The notes beneath the pieces were generated by a model. It saw nothing but the letters and a program-made list of their open reading frames with translations. It was not told the DNA's origin and ran no database searches. Positions 1 to 8,581 of a stretch of 64,000 bases of DNA are shown piece by piece. Origin of the DNA: Nitrosopumilus sp. (GTDB taxonomy: Archaea; Thermoproteota; Nitrososphaeria; Nitrososphaerales; Nitrosopumilaceae); assembly GCA_965218695.1 (NCBI GenBank), contig OZ244651.1, forward strand, positions 32,001-96,000, in the 5' to 3' direction. A program made the translations under genes and the position numbers. Within the stretch, counting starts at the first letter, position 1; each line of letters opens with the position of its first letter.

Positions 1-1132
1 TCATCGTATGCCGCAGCTGTGGCGAGCGCGCCTCCTGCGCGGCCAGCAGTTTTGCCCTCTCAAACACCCACTTGTGGTCCTCGTGGAGCTGCTGCTGCCG
101 CCGCCGGACACGTTTGGTCTCGGGAGGCACGGCGCAGTATTTTTCTGCCAGGTGCCTTGTCTGCCGGAGGTCGTGCGCCCAGCACGACTGGTGCATGCCG
201 TCCTTGTCAAACCTGTCATATCCGGTGTACCCGTCAGTTATCGCCACCCCGTCAAATTTGTCCATGGCATCGAGCATGAGCGTGGCCCTGCTCTGGCTGA
301 TGTTTATTGCGATGTTTTTGCCCGACTGTGCCACGTTTGCGTGTACCTTCTGGCCGTCGTTTCGCCAGCTGGTTTCGTCAAACCCGGCACAGTCAGAAGC
401 CTCCACTTCCCCGAGGATCCTGCCTGCCTCGTGGCCCGAGGCGTCCCCGACGCGTGCCATGATGTTGTTGACGGTGGATCCTGCAAGCATAATGCCCGTT
501 ATGGAGCGCACCGCGACCGAGATTCCCTTGAGCGGCACCCGTGCCGCGCGCAGTTCTGAGACGAGTCCGACCATGCCCTTGCCGAAGTTGCCCCGCCGCG
601 GCAGGTCGTTTGGAGCATCTTCCCTGCGGCCGCATGAGCCGCATACTGCAGTCTCCACGCGGTGCCGCGTCTCGCACGCAGTCACCCTGATGTCCGTGAT
701 GTCCCGCACGCGCGGACTGCCAATCGCCATCCGGCCGCCGCCGCCGCCGCACCCGCATTCCGGGAGCACCGGCACCCGCCTCCTGCCCGACTTCCTGCGC
801 CCGAACCTGTGGGATACGGTCCTTTCCGGGTCGTGGGGGCGCGACGCCCCCGCGTGTCCCTTTCTTCCCCCGCGCTTGGATTTGCCCTCCTTTTCCTGTT
901 TTTTTGCCCGCTCCCTCTTCTGGGCCTTCCATTCCAGGGATTCAGATGAGGGCGGCGTGTTGGGGTTTGTATAGTATGTCATGAGGCGTTCGCTGTACCC
1001 CAAGGCCCTTTCAAGACGTTCTATCCTGCCAAGTGCCTTCTCAAGATCGGATTTGAGGGTGGCAATCTCCCGGTTCCGTGCTAGGAGTTCCTCTTTTAGC
1101 TGGTCCCTGCTCATGTGCCGTGAATTTACCAT
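1..1132 (-). CDS. IS66 transposase (TnpC type), 3' part outside the window
   Basis: Same reading frame as the complete ORF at 5248-6696. Confidence 0.9.
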   Translation of the reverse strand, partial: MVNSRHMSRDQLKEELLARNREIATLKSDLEKALGRIERLERALGYSERLMTYYTNPNTPPSSESLEWKAQKRERAKKQEKEGKSKRGGRKGHAGASRPHDPERTVSHRFGRRKSGRRRVPVLPECGCGGGGGRMAIGSPRVRDITDIRVTACETRHRVETAVCGSCGRREDAPNDLPRRGNFGKGMVGLVSELRAARVPLKGISVAVRSITGIMLAGSTVNNIMARVGDASGHEAGRILGEVEASDCAGFDETSWRNDGQKVHANVAQSGKNIAINISQSRATLMLDAMDKFDGVAITDGYTGYDRFDKDGMHQSCWAHDLRQTRHLAEKYCAVPPETKRVRRRQQQLHEDHKWVFERAKLLAAQEARSPQLRHTM

Positions 1133-1209
1133 GTAAAGTGATGTGTATTGCCAGCATATGGATCAGTATGATCATTTTTTTGTGACAGGAAGGACAGGTG
1201 AATTCATAC
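1..1209 (-). mobile_element. IS66-family element, copy 1 (truncated by the window edge)
   Basis: Matches 5565-6773 at offset 5564 (all overlapping ORF translations are identical). Ends in the TIR ...GGACAGGTGAATTCATAC at 1209. Confidence 0.93.
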
Positions 1210-1298
1210 GATGGCAGGACGCTAGGTTCGGGATCTGCCCGGGCACACGTCACGGGGGATCGGATTGCATGAGGAGGGGGGATGAAGGGAGGGGGCGG

Positions 1299-1652
1299 TC
1301 AGAGGAGCTTGAGATCTCCAGTAACCCTGTCTATCATGTCCTCGGGGGCGGGTCCTATCGAGATGCAGGTAGTCGTGCCAGGTGCCAGCTGGGTGTGTCC
1401 GGCATCGCTCACCTCGGACCAGGGCAGGTTCAGATCGATTGCATGCGTCCGTATCTGGTGCAGTTCCTTGAGGCTTGACACCTTCAGGACCACCTTTTCC
1501 TGCGACCCCCACCAGGCTGCATGCCAGTCTGGGTGGGATCTTCGGACGTGCTCTGCGCCCATGACGCACGCATGCCCGACCTGCGCTGCTATCTTTCCGC
1601 GCCCCATGCCGAGGTCGGTCCGCACCACTATTACCTGTTTGACTTCCCCCAT
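1299..1652 (-). CDS. pth2: Peptidyl-tRNA hydrolase Pth2
   Basis: KQVIVVRTDLGMGRGKIAAQVGHA, DAGHTQ...PGT.T.ISIGP and DRVTGDLKLL are PTH2 family motifs. Start set at MGEVKQ. Confidence 0.95.
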   Translation of the reverse strand: MGEVKQVIVVRTDLGMGRGKIAAQVGHACVMGAEHVRRSHPDWHAAWWGSQEKVVLKVSSLKELHQIRTHAIDLNLPWSEVSDAGHTQLAPGTTTCISIGPAPEDMIDRVTGDLKLL

Positions 1653-1702
1653 ACGGTAATGAGACATTGCGCCCGTTGAAAAACTTTGAGTTAAGGGTTC
1701 TG

Positions 1703-2501
1703 CTAACTTGGCGGGAGCTCGAGAGTCGTGTTAACTTTCGTAAGCTGTTTGCCGCTTGATTCTGGCACCTTGCCAGAATCCGTCAACTGATCCGCATCGA
1801 CTGAAGGTTCCACCACGAGACTTGTCCTCCCATGGCTCACTCTCACCATCGCTTCACTTGCGGATCCTACGTGCCCGACCTCCAGGCCTCGCACGAGGAT
1901 GTTTGCACTCGCGTTTTTATCACGATCCACCGTGATATTTCCGACAGGGCATCGCATCACTCGGCGCTCTTCGGTGATCATCTTTCCACCACATGCCGCG
2001 CACTTTGAGCTTGTGCCCCTTGGATTTACCAATATTGAGACGTCACCGTTGGCTTTTGCCTTGTAGTCTATCTGCCTTCCAAGTTCGTAGTAGCCCCAGT
2101 TCTTGCCACGAAAGTTGGCATTCTTTCCCCACCTGCCGGGATTGTCATACAGTTTTGTGATTCCCACCAAGTCTTCCCTGGCCGGGACGTGTCCTGACCT
2201 GGTGATCTTTTTGCTTGTCTTGTGGAGGATGTCCAGGGTTTTGTTTCTTCCCAACCTGCCGTACTTGCCTGCTATCTTTTTCCTGATTCTATGGTCATTC
2301 CGTCTGAAATGGGATAACGGTTTCCCTGCATTCTTGTTTTATCTTGCCGACTTTTGAGAGGTCGTGCATGAGCACGATGCCGTCCGTATCACATGTGGTG
2401 ACGTTGTCAAAATTCATGTCTATGCCCATGTATCCTTGGGCCTGCCTTTTCCCCACCTTTCTTGAATAGGCCATGATCAACTTCTTTGGCGTGATCGTTA
2501 T
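1703..2501 (-). pseudogene. tnpB: TnpB (RNA-guided RuvC nuclease family), frameshifted and 5'-truncated
   Basis: RuvC-I MGIDMN (ORF 2295-2480); RuvC-II EDL, VNPRGTSSKCAACG zinc finger and RuvC-III DRDKNASANI (ORF 1703-2254). The frame stops at the MITE edge at 2502. Confidence 0.88.
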
Positions 2502-2699
2502 GGCTCTGGTAAATTTAGGTGATCTCTACCGTTCCCCGTTCAAAAGTGTGGTTTAAGATCTACCGATTCGGCCCAACATATTTCGTCAGGGAATTCAAAA
2601 ATGTTATGCCCCCAATAATGCTGTTCAAAAAGTGAGCTGGCCACACCCGCACCTTGGTGGTAGATTTCGGTAATCAGATCACTAGAATTTACCGGAGCC
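2502..2699 (+). mobile_element. MITE-A copy 1 (about 198 bp, IS6-type ends)
   Basis: TIRs GGCTCTGGTAAATT ... AATTTACCGGAGCC. Homologous to 7290-7469 and to the reverse complement of 8379-8581. No TSD. Confidence 0.85.
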
Positions 2700-2841
2700 G
2701 ATGCAAGTCCGGGGAAGGAAACAGAACGGCAATGGCCCACAGTAGGATTGGATACGATTTGACATGGAAGCACCTTGTGGACGTTTGGACACATATGGTT
2801 ACAACAGAGCCATTGTTTATGATAAAAAAATATAAAAGAAT

Positions 2842-3520
2842 TTAGAGGGTCGATACTATTTGTATCAGGTCGGATAAACCATAAGCAGATGAAACTAACT
2901 CTATCTGAGTCCTGCCATTATGGAAGATCAGTTTTGATGTCTTTCCCTGCTCAGGAATACCCTCCACGCCAATGGCATTAGAATCATTTACCATGACACT
3001 TTGCGTGTTTGGTCGTTCCTTCAGGACATCTCTGTACCATTGCTCAATATTGAAATCATCACGTTCTTCGTTGTATAGTACGATAACCCCTAGGAATCCA
3101 TCACGTCGGCAAACGTCTCAAGTCGGTCATAATCTATAGAACCTGGTCCATAAATTACCGTGGTCAGCCTTGTCTTTTCTGATGCGGTTCCCTTAGTTAG
3201 CAGTGCTTTGACTTCCAAACCGATTGGAAGTGACGTGGATTCTGCTACATTGCTATCAGTTCTTGCAGATAACGCCTCGATGTTTGGGGATGGCGTTCCA
3301 TACATTTTTTCCAGGCTGAAAGAACTTGGCGCTTTAAAAGCAAGCGATTCAGAATATTTTCCCAAATAGGGCAAATTCTGTGTTTGTATGATATCTTCTT
3401 GCATCCAAGCAAAACCTATGCTGGCAATTCCGACTGAAAGCACCAGTGCAATAACCAGACTTTTGTTTTTTAGCAAGCCCCAGAGCCCCCTATGCAGACC
3501 TTTATGTTTTTGTAAGCAGG
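2842..3520 (-). pseudogene. Membrane-anchored or secreted hypothetical protein, disrupted by two IS insertions and a frameshift
   Basis: Hydrophobic segment SLVIALVLSVGIASIGFAW. After the stop at 3090 the sequence continues open in another frame (GVIVLYNEERDD...LIQIVSTL*) to 2842. Removing both IS elements restores an ATG at 6784 (MYACLQKHKG...). Confidence 0.7.
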
Positions 3521-3571
3521 GGTTCTCCTGCATCATCGGTTGGTGACACAAAATCAGGATCTTCTCCAGAT

Positions 3572-3748
3572 TCACTCGTCTGGCCTGCGCACCATTATGT
3601 CATCACCGGAAATGACAAACTTTAGTTTGTCGGGATTGCCAAGCATTTCAAGTATCGGTTTTGGTATGTAGCTGTAGTTTGTCAGACGCTTCTCGTTTTT
3701 GATCACAGAAACGGTAAATTCCTTGGCGTCTTTGGCCCACTGGGTCAT
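3572..3748 (-). CDS. 58-aa AbrB/SpoVT-like putative DNA-binding protein inside the IS (absent from the ORF track)
   Basis: Manual translation: MTQWAKDAKEFTVSVIKNEKRLTNYSYIPKPILEMLGNPDKLKFVISGDDIMVRRPDE. IPK.I.E.LG followed by beta strands resembles the AbrB swapped hairpin. Divergent from the transposase across an AT-rich gap. Confidence 0.7.
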   Translation of the reverse strand: MTQWAKDAKEFTVSVIKNEKRLTNYSYIPKPILEMLGNPDKLKFVISGDDIMVRRPDE

Positions 3749-3819
3749 GAATTTTTTTTAGCTGCCTGTTATTTAAGACTGGTAGAAAGATCTATGTAAT
3801 AATACCAATTGGTTTATTT

Positions 3820-4965
3820 ATGAACAGGGCAAAACGCGCCAAAACGGCGGCAAGGCAGGGACAGGTGATCAGCAACGACCCAAAGCAGGTGAGGATGACA
3901 AGTCTCAGACGATGGAATGTGGCATCGCAGTCTATTCCAGGACTGTGGTATCTGGTGATTCTTGGCTCTGCCGGGTTTGTATGCGCGTGCCAGCATTACG
4001 TCAATTGTGACGGCCTGTGCAAGCACGTGCGGGCAGTGGACGTGTTGCTTGGCCGGATGTGGGACCGGTGCAGGAACCAAAATACAATTGTCATTAGCAT
4101 GCCTCAGACTGCATGCCACCATTGCAAGTCGACTGTGTTTGCACGCAACGGGCACCGACACAACGCGTACGGGCCGATCCGGCGGTACCGGTGTAAGCCG
4201 TGCGGCCGGACATTCTCCGGACGGCCGGGCTTCAAGAAGCGCCATGCCGGCCCAGAGGCGATATCCCGGGCACTCAGGGAGGCAGCGTACGGGCTGTCCT
4301 GCGCTGCGGTGCAGGCAGTGATGGCACAGGACGGAACAACCGTGCATTCAAGCACGATATACAGGTGGACTGCACATTATTCGACGCTGATGGATGAATA
4401 TTCAAGGCGGCTGCAGCCGCGCACGAGCTACAAGTGGCACTGCGACGAGATACATTTCAAGGTTCGCGCGCAGGCGCGGTGGCTTTTTGCCGTCATGGAC
4501 GGCGCCAGCAGGTTCATACTGTCCCATGACGTGTCTGAGACAAAACTCAACTACAGACCCGCCCCCCTGTTTGCAGCCGCAAGGAATCTGGCCGGAACCA
4601 CCCCGTGGGTGCTGGTAACAGACGGCCTGCAGGCGTTTTGTCCTGCCGCCCGCAGGGCGTTTTGGAGACGCAACGGCTTCAGGCTGATCCACGTCCGGGA
4701 GATTCACCTGAAGAACCGCTTCAGTCATAACAACAAGCACGAGAGGCTTAACGGCGAATTCAAGGATCGCATCAAGACCGCCCGCGAGTTCGGGACAGAA
4801 AGTCCCGCGCTTGTGCGGCTGATGATCGTCCACCACAACTTTTTCCGCCCCCATGGCGGCATTGGCAAAATTACACCCGCAGAGGCCGCAGGGATCGTCA
4901 TATCTGGAACGGACAAGCAGATCACCCTCATCAGTAATGCAGCAGCTGCTGCTGCAGCAGCGTAG
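3820..4965 (+). CDS. DDE transposase (IS6/IS1-like) with N-terminal SWIM finger and zinc ribbon
   Basis: SWIM CACQH...CKHV; ribbon CHHC...YRCKPCGRTF; HTH VHSSTIYRW; catalytic WHCDE, VTDGL and NNKHERLN. Confidence 0.88.
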   Translation: MNRAKRAKTAARQGQVISNDPKQVRMTSLRRWNVASQSIPGLWYLVILGSAGFVCACQHYVNCDGLCKHVRAVDVLLGRMWDRCRNQNTIVISMPQTACHHCKSTVFARNGHRHNAYGPIRRYRCKPCGRTFSGRPGFKKRHAGPEAISRALREAAYGLSCAAVQAVMAQDGTTVHSSTIYRWTAHYSTLMDEYSRRLQPRTSYKWHCDEIHFKVRAQARWLFAVMDGASRFILSHDVSETKLNYRPAPLFAAARNLAGTTPWVLVTDGLQAFCPAARRAFWRRNGFRLIHVREIHLKNRFSHNNKHERLNGEFKDRIKTAREFGTESPALVRLMIVHHNFFRPHGGIGKITPAEAAGIVISGTDKQITLISNAAAAAAAA

Positions 4966-5010
4966 TCGCAGCAGCAGCAGTAGCAACGGCAGCTGTAGCA
5001 ACGGCAGCGA
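4938..5010. repeat. (GCA)/(GCT)-rich microsatellite across the transposase stop codon
   Basis: gcagcagctgctgctgcagcagcgtagtcgcagcagcagcagtagcaacggcagc; encodes a poly-Ala C-terminus. Confidence 0.8.
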
Positions 5011-5228
5011 CACACGTAGCCCAGACTGGCCTTGGCGTGATGGATGTCCCATCAATGCATGTCATGGCAATGACTGGGATTATCCATCACAACTGGCAGA
5101 TTCTCCCTAGAGGAATTATGATTTAATGGGGAATGGCATAACGGTGCGTAAAACAGGCAAGTAAATCTGGAGAAGATCCTGAATTTGTGCCACCAACCGA
5201 TGATGCAGGAGAACCGTAAGCAGGCGTA

Positions 5229-6773
5229 GTATGAATTCACCTGCCCCTTATATCAGTCGACCAACTTCTTCGGCCACGCTCTTGCCATGTGCCCTCCACG
5301 TGAGGACGCACGTGACAAAATCTGCAAGGCGCTTCATGGCCTTGGAGCCGCCCTTGGTCTGCCCGCTTATCTTGCGGAACACCACCAGGTAGCGCAGCGC
5401 CCTCTCGCTGGCGTTGTTTGTAGGCTCGACGCCGGGATGCTCCAGGAACGCAAACATGCGGTGCAGGTGCCTCTCGAGCTTGTCCAGCACCTTTTGCATG
5501 TCGTCATCGTTACCACCACCACCGGCATCGCGGTACCGGTCAAGCACGTCCTGCATGGTGCGGTTCATCGTATGCCGCAGCTGTGGCGAGCGCGCCTCCT
5601 GCGCGGCCAGCAGTTTTGCCCTCTCAAACACCCACTTGTGGTCCTCGTGGAGCTGCTGCTGCCGCCGCCGGACACGTTTGGTCTCGGGAGGCACGGCGCA
5701 GTATTTTTCTGCCAGGTGCCTTGTCTGCCGGAGGTCGTGCGCCCAGCACGACTGGTGCATGCCGTCCTTGTCAAACCTGTCATATCCGGTGTACCCGTCA
5801 GTTATCGCCACCCCGTCAAATTTGTCCATGGCATCGAGCATGAGCGTGGCCCTGCTCTGGCTGATGTTTATTGCGATGTTTTTGCCCGACTGTGCCACGT
5901 TTGCGTGTACCTTCTGGCCGTCGTTTCGCCAGCTGGTTTCGTCAAACCCGGCACAGTCAGAAGCCTCCACTTCCCCGAGGATCCTGCCTGCCTCGTGGCC
6001 CGAGGCGTCCCCGACGCGTGCCATGATGTTGTTGACGGTGGATCCTGCAAGCATAATGCCCGTTATGGAGCGCACCGCGACCGAGATTCCCTTGAGCGGC
6101 ACCCGTGCCGCGCGCAGTTCTGAGACGAGTCCGACCATGCCCTTGCCGAAGTTGCCCCGCCGCGGCAGGTCGTTTGGAGCATCTTCCCTGCGGCCGCATG
6201 AGCCGCATACTGCAGTCTCCACGCGGTGCCGCGTCTCGCACGCAGTCACCCTGATGTCCGTGATGTCCCGCACGCGCGGACTGCCAATCGCCATCCGGCC
6301 GCCGCCGCCGCCGCACCCGCATTCCGGGAGCACCGGCACCCGCCTCCTGCCCGACTTCCTGCGCCCGAACCTGTGGGATACGGTCCTTTCCGGGTCGTGG
6401 GGGCGCGACGCCCCCGCGTGTCCCTTTCTTCCCCCGCGCTTGGATTTGCCCTCCTTTTCCTGTTTTTTTGCCCGCTCCCTCTTCTGGGCCTTCCATTCCA
6501 GGGATTCAGATGAGGGCGGCGTGTTGGGGTTTGTATAGTATGTCATGAGGCGTTCGCTGTACCCCAAGGCCCTTTCAAGACGTTCTATCCTGCCAAGTGC
6601 CTTCTCAAGATCGGATTTGAGGGTGGCAATCTCCCGGTTCCGTGCTAGGAGTTCCTCTTTTAGCTGGTCCCTGCTCATGTGCCGTGAATTTACCATGTAA
6701 AGTGATGTGTATTGCCAGCATATGGATCAGTATGATCATTTTTTTGTGACAGGAAGGACAGGTGAATTCATAC
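5229..6773 (-). mobile_element. IS66-family element, copy 2 (complete, single ORF, ISBst12-like organisation)
   Basis: TIR GTATGAATTCACCTG(C/T)CC at both ends. 8-bp TSD CAGGCGTA at 5221-5228 and 6774-6781. Confidence 0.95.
5248..6696 (-). CDS. IS66 transposase
   Basis: Coiled coil, NTPPSS, GGRKGH.G, zinc finger, FDETSW, TDGYTGY, QSCWAH, PTNNASERALR. Confidence 0.95.
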   Translation of the reverse strand: MVNSRHMSRDQLKEELLARNREIATLKSDLEKALGRIERLERALGYSERLMTYYTNPNTPPSSESLEWKAQKRERAKKQEKEGKSKRGGRKGHAGASRPHDPERTVSHRFGRRKSGRRRVPVLPECGCGGGGGRMAIGSPRVRDITDIRVTACETRHRVETAVCGSCGRREDAPNDLPRRGNFGKGMVGLVSELRAARVPLKGISVAVRSITGIMLAGSTVNNIMARVGDASGHEAGRILGEVEASDCAGFDETSWRNDGQKVHANVAQSGKNIAINISQSRATLMLDAMDKFDGVAITDGYTGYDRFDKDGMHQSCWAHDLRQTRHLAEKYCAVPPETKRVRRRQQQLHEDHKWVFERAKLLAAQEARSPQLRHTMNRTMQDVLDRYRDAGGGGNDDDMQKVLDKLERHLHRMFAFLEHPGVEPTNNASERALRYLVVFRKISGQTKGGSKAMKRLADFVTCVLTWRAHGKSVAEEVGRLI

Positions 6774-7038
6774 CAGGCGTACATTGTGTTATGGATCCTT
6801 CATTTACATCATCCTCCACACTGTCAATGCCCAATAACTCCGTATTGGCTAGTATGGTCATTAATGTTATATGCAAGGATTATGAGCATTTTGTCAATGT
6901 GTATATATTAACATTCATTCCAACAACTTTCTCTTGTGCGCGTATTCCTCTTCGGCTATCTCGCCGTTGACAAACTTTCTTTAACAGATCGAGGTGCAAC
7001 TACCGTTGCTGCTGTACCATTGTGGATGTGTTTTTCCG

Positions 7039-7160
7039 TTACTTGGACTCCTTTGCCTTTTCGCGTATAATCTCGTACATCTTCTCCGCCTTCTCCTTCT
7101 TGTACGTCTCTGCCCTCACGGCCTTGGCCACGTCGCTGACGCGCTCCCGGGATACGGGCT
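7039..7160 (-). pseudogene. 3' remnant of a gene truncated at a MITE end
   Basis: Frame PVSRERVSDVAKAVRAETYKKEKAEKMYEIIREKAKESK* begins exactly at the TIR at 7161. Confidence 0.5.
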
Positions 7161-7281
7161 GGCTCTGTTCAAATATGGTGATCTCGTTTTAGAACAATTA
7201 ATTCTGCAAGATTCTCGAGAAGATCCGTATAGATAACTTTTAAACAGTAAATGTCCCAACTCACCATAATTGAACAGAGCC
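7161..7281. mobile_element. Short MITE-A variant (121 bp)
   Basis: TIRs GGCTCTGTTCAAAT ... AATTGAACAGAGCC. Its right half aligns with the end of 8379-8581 (acttttaaacagtaaa vs acttttgaacagtgaa). Confidence 0.8.
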
Positions 7282-7289
7282 CCAATCTG

Positions 7290-7469
7290 GGCTCTGGTAA
7301 ATTTTGGTGATCTCTGATGTTCACTGCTCAAAAGTGTGTTTTTGGATCTTCTCCAGATTCAACTCCGCCGCATTTCGTCACGGTGTTCAAAAGTGTGGTG
7401 CCTTCCACAAGGCTGTTCAAAAGCGAGCTAAGCCACACTTACACCTTGGTGGTAAATTTTGGTGATCTC
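7290..7469 (+). mobile_element. MITE-A copy 2 (lacks the right TIR)
   Basis: Starts GGCTCTGGTAAATTTTGGTGATCTC and is colinear with 2502-2675. Confidence 0.82.
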
Positions 7470-7593
7470 AGTCAGTTCTCTTCTGGATCACGGCGGCATT
7501 GCAGCGGTACACGTAAAAAATCCCGTGTAGGTGTATCTGCCCGGCGGTCATACTCAATGGTTAATTAGTGCAAATTTTTGAATTAGATTGGTC

Positions 7594-8175
7594 ATGGTAG
7601 AAGAGGGAAGGGCACGTGAGGAGAAGCGTGAGAATTATGCCGCAAAGCACACTGCCCCGAAGAGAAAGAACATGCGGATTGCAATCGGCGTCCTAGTGGC
7701 GATTGCCGCCATCGTAGGCATCTATGGCGCCGTTGTCATTGTCACGACCGACGTCCCGCCCGACCGTGTGCTATCAATTCAAGGTGCCCATGATCATGCA
7801 GCCATACTGGTAACGATATTCGATGACGAGTTTGACTTTTCAATGTCTGCATACCAGACAAAATCTACATGGATTCAGTTTGAGGGAGGGGACGGTACCA
7901 CTGTCCACAAGCACGCTGTGGGACCGACATTGGGGTATTTCTTTGAGACGCTCAGCCTTGGGCTTGATGACCAGTGCTTTGTGTTCCAAGGCGGAAGGGA
8001 GTTTTGCACCAACGATGAATATGATCTTAGATTCTTCATCAATGGCGAAGAGCTCTCTGACATCAGAGACTATGAGATCTTCGAGGACGACAGGATCCTA
8101 ATTTCATATGGCGCCACACCAGAACAGCTGGAATCCCAGATGGATCAGATAAGCAAGCAGGTCACAGTAAAGTAG
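7594..8175 (+). CDS. Thaumarchaeal single-TM membrane protein with His motifs, function unknown
   Basis: N-terminal TM, then HDHA, WIQFEGGDGTTVHKHA, TLGYFF and DRILISYG. Confidence 0.8.
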   Translation: MVEEGRAREEKRENYAAKHTAPKRKNMRIAIGVLVAIAAIVGIYGAVVIVTTDVPPDRVLSIQGAHDHAAILVTIFDDEFDFSMSAYQTKSTWIQFEGGDGTTVHKHAVGPTLGYFFETLSLGLDDQCFVFQGGREFCTNDEYDLRFFINGEELSDIRDYEIFEDDRILISYGATPEQLESQMDQISKQVTVK

Positions 8176-8378
8176 AATTTGGGTAGCATTACGACACACA
8201 TGAGGCGGCGGCTGTTGTTTTTGGGATCCCAGACAGGGTGTGCCTGCAACCCAACAATTCTCATATGACAAATAGCATAAACAGGACCTGATTTTTGGAC
8301 GCCCCTTAAACCAATACCGACCATAATCAACATGCGAACCATCAAACGATTCGGCATCACGTTTTTGGCATGCCGGTG

Positions 8379-8581
8379 GGCTCGGGTAAATTCCAGTGAT
8401 CTGATCACCGAAATCTACCACCAAGGTGCGGGTGTGGCCCAGCTCACTTTTTGAACAGCATTATTGGAGGCATGACATTTTTGAACACTCTGACGAAATG
8501 CGGCGGGGCCGAACTTGGAGAATAGTCTAAAACACACTTTTGAACAGTGAACGGTAGAGATTACCAGAATTTAACAGAGTC
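8379..8581 (-). mobile_element. MITE-A copy 3 (inverted relative to copies 1 and 2)
   Basis: GGCTCGGGTAAATT ... AATTTAACAGAGTC; diverged reverse complement of 2502-2699. Confidence 0.85.

Larger units (their letters stand above)
3521..5215 (+). mobile_element. IS6-like element with long inverted ends
   Basis: Imperfect inverted repeats of about 83 bp (3521-3603 / 5133-5215) beginning GGTTCTCCTGCATCATCGGTTGGTG. 9-bp TSD GTAAGCAGG at 3512-3520 and 5216-5224. Confidence 0.92.

Noticed and set aside
3088-3095. TAG readthrough (pyrrolysine-like) in the 3090-3520 ORF
   Set aside because: The plausible continuation lies in a different frame, so this is a frameshift, not an in-frame stop.
3521-3575. 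ORF-track N-terminus MNLEKILILCHQPMMQEN of 3090-3575
   Set aside because: It is encoded by the IS inverted repeat and is not part of the original gene.
5287-6538. Long + strand ORFs (278 and 374 aa) and their twins at 8-974
   Set aside because: Antisense shadows of the GC-rich IS66 transposase with no recognisable motifs.
2502-8581. Repeated TTCAAAA boxes and MITE copies as a CRISPR array
   Set aside because: No constant-length identical repeats with unique spacers and no cas genes; TIRs explain the repeats.
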